A stretch of 24,000 nt of DNA, taken from NCBI RefSeq assembly GCF_001112925.1, contig NZ_CPYD01000016.1, forward strand, positions 35,882 to 59,881. The letters run 5' to 3'. The stretch comes from Yersinia nurmii (GTDB lineage: Bacteria; Pseudomonadota; Gammaproteobacteria; Enterobacterales; Enterobacteriaceae). This document shows positions 19,139 to 24,000 of this stretch, in pieces. The notes under the pieces are model-generated. The model was given only the letters and a program-made list of their open reading frames with translations, searched no databases and was not told the DNA's origin. Numbering within the stretch: position 1 is the stretch's first letter; each line of letters starts with the position of its first letter. The translations under genes were made by a program, and so were the position numbers.

Positions 19139-19222
19139 TGGAAAAACGCAGTGTTCAGCGGATAAATGCCAGACAATCGACAGCAAGCTAGTAGCAACGT
19201 CGATTAGCATTCAATTAGCGGT

Positions 19223-19255
19223 AAAAAAAGAACCCCATAAATGGGGTTCTTTTCT
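19223..19255. terminator. Bidirectional rho-independent terminator shared by yhfT (+) and glnB (-)
   Basis: Stem AAAGAACCCCA (19227-19237) / TGGGGTTCTTT (19242-19252) with a TAAA loop. An A-run on the 5' side and a T-run on the 3' side mean it can terminate transcription from both directions. Confidence 0.8.
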
Positions 19256-19295
19256 ATGATACGATCTGATTTTTATGTTTTCGATTTAGTATCAG

Positions 19296-21271
<1,976 letters not shown>

Positions 21272-21384
21272 ATTGGTTTCAATTCTGCCATGCCACAACA
21301 AAGACCGAAGTGTAAATCATTCCCGGTCATTTGTTTAGAACCCGCCGAACGCCTTTTCCAATCGGGTTCCAAGGAAAGAAAGCA

Positions 21385-22722
21385 CTATTCTTTGAAATCG
21401 TTGGCGTCCAATTCATGACGCGACAACAATTTATAGAATTCAGTGCGGTTACGGCCTGCCATTCGCGCCGCTTGGGTGACGTTACCCTTGGTAATTTGCA
21501 GCAGTTTGCGCAAATAATTCAGCTCAAACTGGTTACGCGCTTCAACAAACGTTGGTAAAGCGGTGTTTTCCCCTTCCAGCGCCTGCTCGACCAACGCTTC
21601 GCTGATAACCGGCGCCGAAGTCAAAGCAACACACTGCTCAATTACGTTAACCAATTGGCGCACATTGCCCGGCCAGCTGGCGGCCATCAGCCGTTTCATC
21701 GCATCGGTGGAGAAACTGCGCACAAAAGGTTTATGCCGTTTGGCGGATTCACGCAGCAGATGATTAGCCAGTAACGGAATATCTTCCGCTCGCTCATTCA
21801 GTGCCGGAATTTTTAGATTCACTACATTTAAACGGTAGTAAAGATCTTCACGGAATTCATTTTTTGCCATCGCCTTCGGCAAATCACGGTGAGTTGCCGA
21901 GATAATCCGCACATTGATATCCAAATCTCGGTTACTGCCCAAAGGGCGAACCTTGCGTTCTTGCAGCACTCGCAGCAACTTTACCTGCAATGACAAGGGC
22001 ATATCGCCGATTTCGTCGAGGAACAGCGTCCCACCTTCCGCTGCCTGAAATAGGCCTTCCCGGCTGCTTACCGCGCCGGTAAATGCCCCTTTAGCATGGC
22101 CAAAGAGTTCAGACTCCAATAATTGCTCCGGTAAAGCACCGCAGTTAATGGCAATAAAGGCTTTTTTAGCGCGCGGACTGGCACCGTGGATTGCCTGGGC
22201 CAACACTTCCTTACCGGTACCGCTTTGCCCGTTAATCAACACACTAACGTCAGATTGGGCCACCATTTTAGCCTGTTCCAATAAGCGCAGCATCAGCGGA
22301 CTGCGGGTCACTATGGCTTCTCGCCAGCTATCATCACCGGCAGGAATGGAAAGTTCGAGCGCGGCATCAATAGCTTTATACAGTGCATCGCGATCGACTG
22401 GCTTGGTTAGGAAGCTGAATACGCCCTGCTGAGTGGCGGCAACGGCGTCAGGAATAGAACCGTGCGCGGTCAGGATAATCACCGGCATACCCGGCTGATA
22501 TTTTTGGATTTCGGCAAATAATGCCATGCCATCCATTTCATCCATACGTAAATCACTGATCACCAAGTCGATTTTTTCGCGCATCAATAAGCGCAAGGCT
22601 TCCTGACCGCTTTCAGCCGTGGTGACATGGAAACCTTCACTTGTCAGACGCATTCCCAACAGCTTGAGCAGGCTGGGATCATCGTCAACCAGCAGTAGAT
22701 TGGCCGGTTTGCGTGGTGTCAT
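21385..22722 (-). CDS. glrR: Sigma-54-dependent two-component response regulator GlrR (QseF/YfhA)
   Basis: 445 aa from the ATG at 22722 (MTPRKPANLLLVDDDP, cf. E. coli MSHKPAHLLLVDDDP). Receiver domain, AAA+ domain with Walker A GQSGTGKE and the GAFTGA motif (HAKGAFTGA), and a C-terminal HTH. The C-terminus is identical to E. coli GlrR (RHELDANDFKE). Confidence 0.94.
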   Translation of the reverse strand: MTPRKPANLLLVDDDPSLLKLLGMRLTSEGFHVTTAESGQEALRLLMREKIDLVISDLRMDEMDGMALFAEIQKYQPGMPVIILTAHGSIPDAVAATQQGVFSFLTKPVDRDALYKAIDAALELSIPAGDDSWREAIVTRSPLMLRLLEQAKMVAQSDVSVLINGQSGTGKEVLAQAIHGASPRAKKAFIAINCGALPEQLLESELFGHAKGAFTGAVSSREGLFQAAEGGTLFLDEIGDMPLSLQVKLLRVLQERKVRPLGSNRDLDINVRIISATHRDLPKAMAKNEFREDLYYRLNVVNLKIPALNERAEDIPLLANHLLRESAKRHKPFVRSFSTDAMKRLMAASWPGNVRQLVNVIEQCVALTSAPVISEALVEQALEGENTALPTFVEARNQFELNYLRKLLQITKGNVTQAARMAGRNRTEFYKLLSRHELDANDFKE

Positions 22723-23749
22723 GTGGCTCGGACTCCTTTTGGGAAGCGGGTGACGGCTGGGTGGCCGGAGGCGAGTAGGTCTCTGCCGGTTTGGCATCCG
22801 GCGCTTTTACCGGAGTGGTCGGCTGAGCCGCGGGTTCCACTGGCTTCGCCGCTTTTTCTGCCGCAGGTTTGGGTTCTACTGGCTTTGTTTCCACCGGTTT
22901 AGTTTCCACCGGTTTCGTCTCTACCGGTTTCGTCTCTACCGGCTTTTTCTCTGCCGCTTTCTCTTCTTTCATTTCAGCCGCTTTTGTTGGCTCTGGTTTA
23001 GGCGCAGCGGCGGCTTTGATCTCAGCCTCTGGCTCAGAAATTTCATTTTGCAGTTGTTTACGTGAAGAAAGCTGACGTTCGATATCAGTCAGGTTTTCCA
23101 GCTTACGGGTGGTATCCTGTAAATGATATTGCAAACGCACCTGACTTTCCCGTAGGCGATCAATCTGGCTGTCTGATTCATCCTGTAAACGCTGATAACG
23201 GGCACGCTCTTCGGATAGGGAAATACGCAGCACTTGCTGTTCCCGCCATAGCTGAATCAGCGGTCGCAGAGAGCCGGGGAAAGTCTGGCTATAGCTATTT
23301 AGACGCTCAACGATCTGGCGACGCTCAGCCATCGACGGATCGGCGCTGCCGATCAAAATGCCCTGCTTAAACGCCGTTGACCAGGATAGGGTTTGCATAG
23401 ATTTGGCCAAGGCCCTGGACTGCGCTGTGCTTAAACGCTCAGCACAATCCATTGCTCTCAGCCAATAAAGCGAATTCTCCAGAACTTCTTTATCTTCGAT
23501 ACCCCACAGCGTGTCACATTGAGCGGTGCGGTAATCTACAATTTTGCTTTCGGGAATCACCAACTGCACCGCCTGGGAAAAGCGTCCGTTGGCGGAACGA
23601 TCGATACATCCACTCAATAGTAGTGGGGCAAGTAACAGCGTCCCCAAAAAAGCGGCCTTACGATAAGATGGCGTTGCGACCGCCTCCACGGAGGATCGCG
23701 GCAAAGATTCGGTCTTTTCGAAAAAGCGACTGACAGACCACTTGTACAT
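22685..23749 (-). CDS. qseG: Outer-membrane lipoprotein QseG/YfhG with an extended low-complexity C-terminal tail
   Basis: 354-aa ORF with lipobox LLSGC and core blocks shared with E. coli YfhG (LYWLRAMDCA, FKQGIL, RKLENLTDIERQLS). It lies between glrK and glrR. The ATG is 3 nt after the glrK stop. The N-terminal 20 residues are uncertain, with an alternative GTG at 23689. Confidence 0.8.
   Translation of the reverse strand: MYKWSVSRFFEKTESLPRSSVEAVATPSYRKAAFLGTLLLAPLLLSGCIDRSANGRFSQAVQLVIPESKIVDYRTAQCDTLWGIEDKEVLENSLYWLRAMDCAERLSTAQSRALAKSMQTLSWSTAFKQGILIGSADPSMAERRQIVERLNSYSQTFPGSLRPLIQLWREQQVLRISLSEERARYQRLQDESDSQIDRLRESQVRLQYHLQDTTRKLENLTDIERQLSSRKQLQNEISEPEAEIKAAAAPKPEPTKAAEMKEEKAAEKKPVETKPVETKPVETKPVETKPVEPKPAAEKAAKPVEPAAQPTTPVKAPDAKPAETYSPPATQPSPASQKESEPHDTTQTGQSTAG
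22863..22952. repeat. In-frame 15-bp tandem repeat (about 5-6 units) encoding (KPVET)n in the qseG tail
   Basis: The + strand units are ACTGGCTTTGTTTCC, ACCGGTTTAGTTTCC, ACCGGTTTCGTCTCT, ACCGGTTTCGTCTCT and ACCGGCTTTTTCTCT. The protein reads KPVETKPVETKPVETKPVETKPVEPKP. Confidence 0.9.
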
Positions 23750-23752
23750 TAT

Positions 23753-24000
23753 TTATTCATTCTCGGCGGTTAATGGCAATTCAATGCGGAAACAGACAGC
23801 TGCATCATCCTGTTCTACCAGATGCAGTTCGCCCTGCATACGTCTGATGCAATCCTGAGCAATGCTCAGTCCCAGTCCACTTCCCTTAACGGCCCCTTTT
23901 CGCTGATGGCTTCCCTGGAAAAAAGGCTCAAATATCATGGTTTCTTCGGCTAGTGGAATCGGAGTGCCAGTATTAGCGACATCAATTTGCACCCGATTTC
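23753..24000 (-). CDS. glrK: Sensor histidine kinase GlrK (QseE/YfhK), C-terminal part only; the gene continues beyond the window
   Basis: The C-terminal HATPase_c region has a G-box (GSGLGLSIA). It sits immediately upstream of qseG-glrR, as in E. coli. The frame is open to the window edge. Confidence 0.9.
   Translation of the reverse strand, partial: NRVQIDVANTGTPIPLAEETMIFEPFFQGSHQRKGAVKGSGLGLSIAQDCIRRMQGELHLVEQDDAAVCFRIELPLTAENE

Noticed and set aside
12588-19222. Signs of a classical genomic island or mobile element around the yhf cassette (integrase, tRNA target, flanking direct or inverted repeats).
   Set aside because: No recombinase or transposase ORF and no tRNA are present. The only shared boundary motif is a 7-mer (ATTGAAT/ATTCAAT), which is not significant. 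The insertion mechanism cannot be inferred from this window.
21275-21300. TGGCAT...GGCAG sequence upstream of nadE, resembling a sigma-54 -24 element.
   Set aside because: The -12 GC element is not at the required spacing (TGGCAC-N5-TTGC). By hand alignment the downstream bases are AATT.
21338-21369. 7-bp stem (GAACCCG/CGGGTTC) with an 18-nt loop just downstream of glrR. A possible terminator.
   Set aside because: The loop is long, the stem short, and there is no U-tract on the minus strand. This is too weak to call.
22723-22797. N-terminal extensions in the ORF track: glrR to 22797, trmJ to 4311, glnB to 19655, nadE to 21301, yhfW from 15312, yhfU from 17470.
   Set aside because: Comparison with the remembered E. 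coli N-termini and RBS placement support the internal starts (22722, 4278, 19634, 21271, 15351, 17476). The extensions are poorly conserved-looking and overlap upstream genes.
22869-23075. 68-aa + strand ORF reading MGSTGFVSTGLVSTGFVSTGFVSTGFF, a striking peptide repeat.
   Set aside because: It is the antisense reading of the qseG (KPVET)n tandem repeat. The repeat is explained by the qseG frame, which is continuous with a conserved core.

Overview
This is a chromosomal window from an Enterobacterales genome. The protein sequences and gene order look Yersinia/Serratia-like (Yersiniaceae), but I cannot confirm the species without a search. All identifications rest on motifs read in the supplied translations and on my recollection of E. 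coli K-12 orthologues. Most of the window is conserved housekeeping backbone. In window order: hscB-iscA-iscU-iscS-iscR (minus strand) with two abutting IscR type-1 operators; trmJ; suhB; a translationally coupled DUF1007/NicO-like metal-transport pair carrying a near-consensus Zur box; csiE; an isolated hcaT; glyA; hmp with an NsrR operator; then glnB, a long glutamine-dependent nadE, and glrR-qseG-glrK (glrK truncated at the window edge). The clearly accessory segment, about 12.59-19.22 kb, is a 7-gene cassette yhfZ-yhfY-yhfX-yhfW-php-yhfU-yhfT. It sits between the hmp terminator and the glnB terminator, two genes that are direct neighbours in E. coli K-12. To my knowledge this cassette has no assigned substrate or pathway, and it is my best candidate for an undescribed system. 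It contains a GntR-type HTH/sensor regulator, a PRD-only protein, a fold-type III PLP enzyme, a phosphopentomutase-like metalloenzyme, a phosphotriesterase-homology amidohydrolase, a small DUF2620 protein that by eye carries an RpiB/LacAB-like Cys-x-Thr-Gly loop, and a polytopic membrane protein. Here it lacks yhfS, has an ordered repeat/palindrome array upstream, and has a 108-bp AT-rich spacer with an RBS-proximal hairpin separating the regulators from the enzymes. Other points of interest are the Zur-box-controlled DUF1007/NicO pair, a QseG lipoprotein with a roughly 115-aa Lys/Pro/Glu/Ala-rich tail containing a 15-bp in-frame tandem repeat (KPVET) that overlaps the glrR start, and tight nadE-glnB linkage. 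I saw no CRISPR arrays, tRNA/rRNA genes, transposases or integrases.
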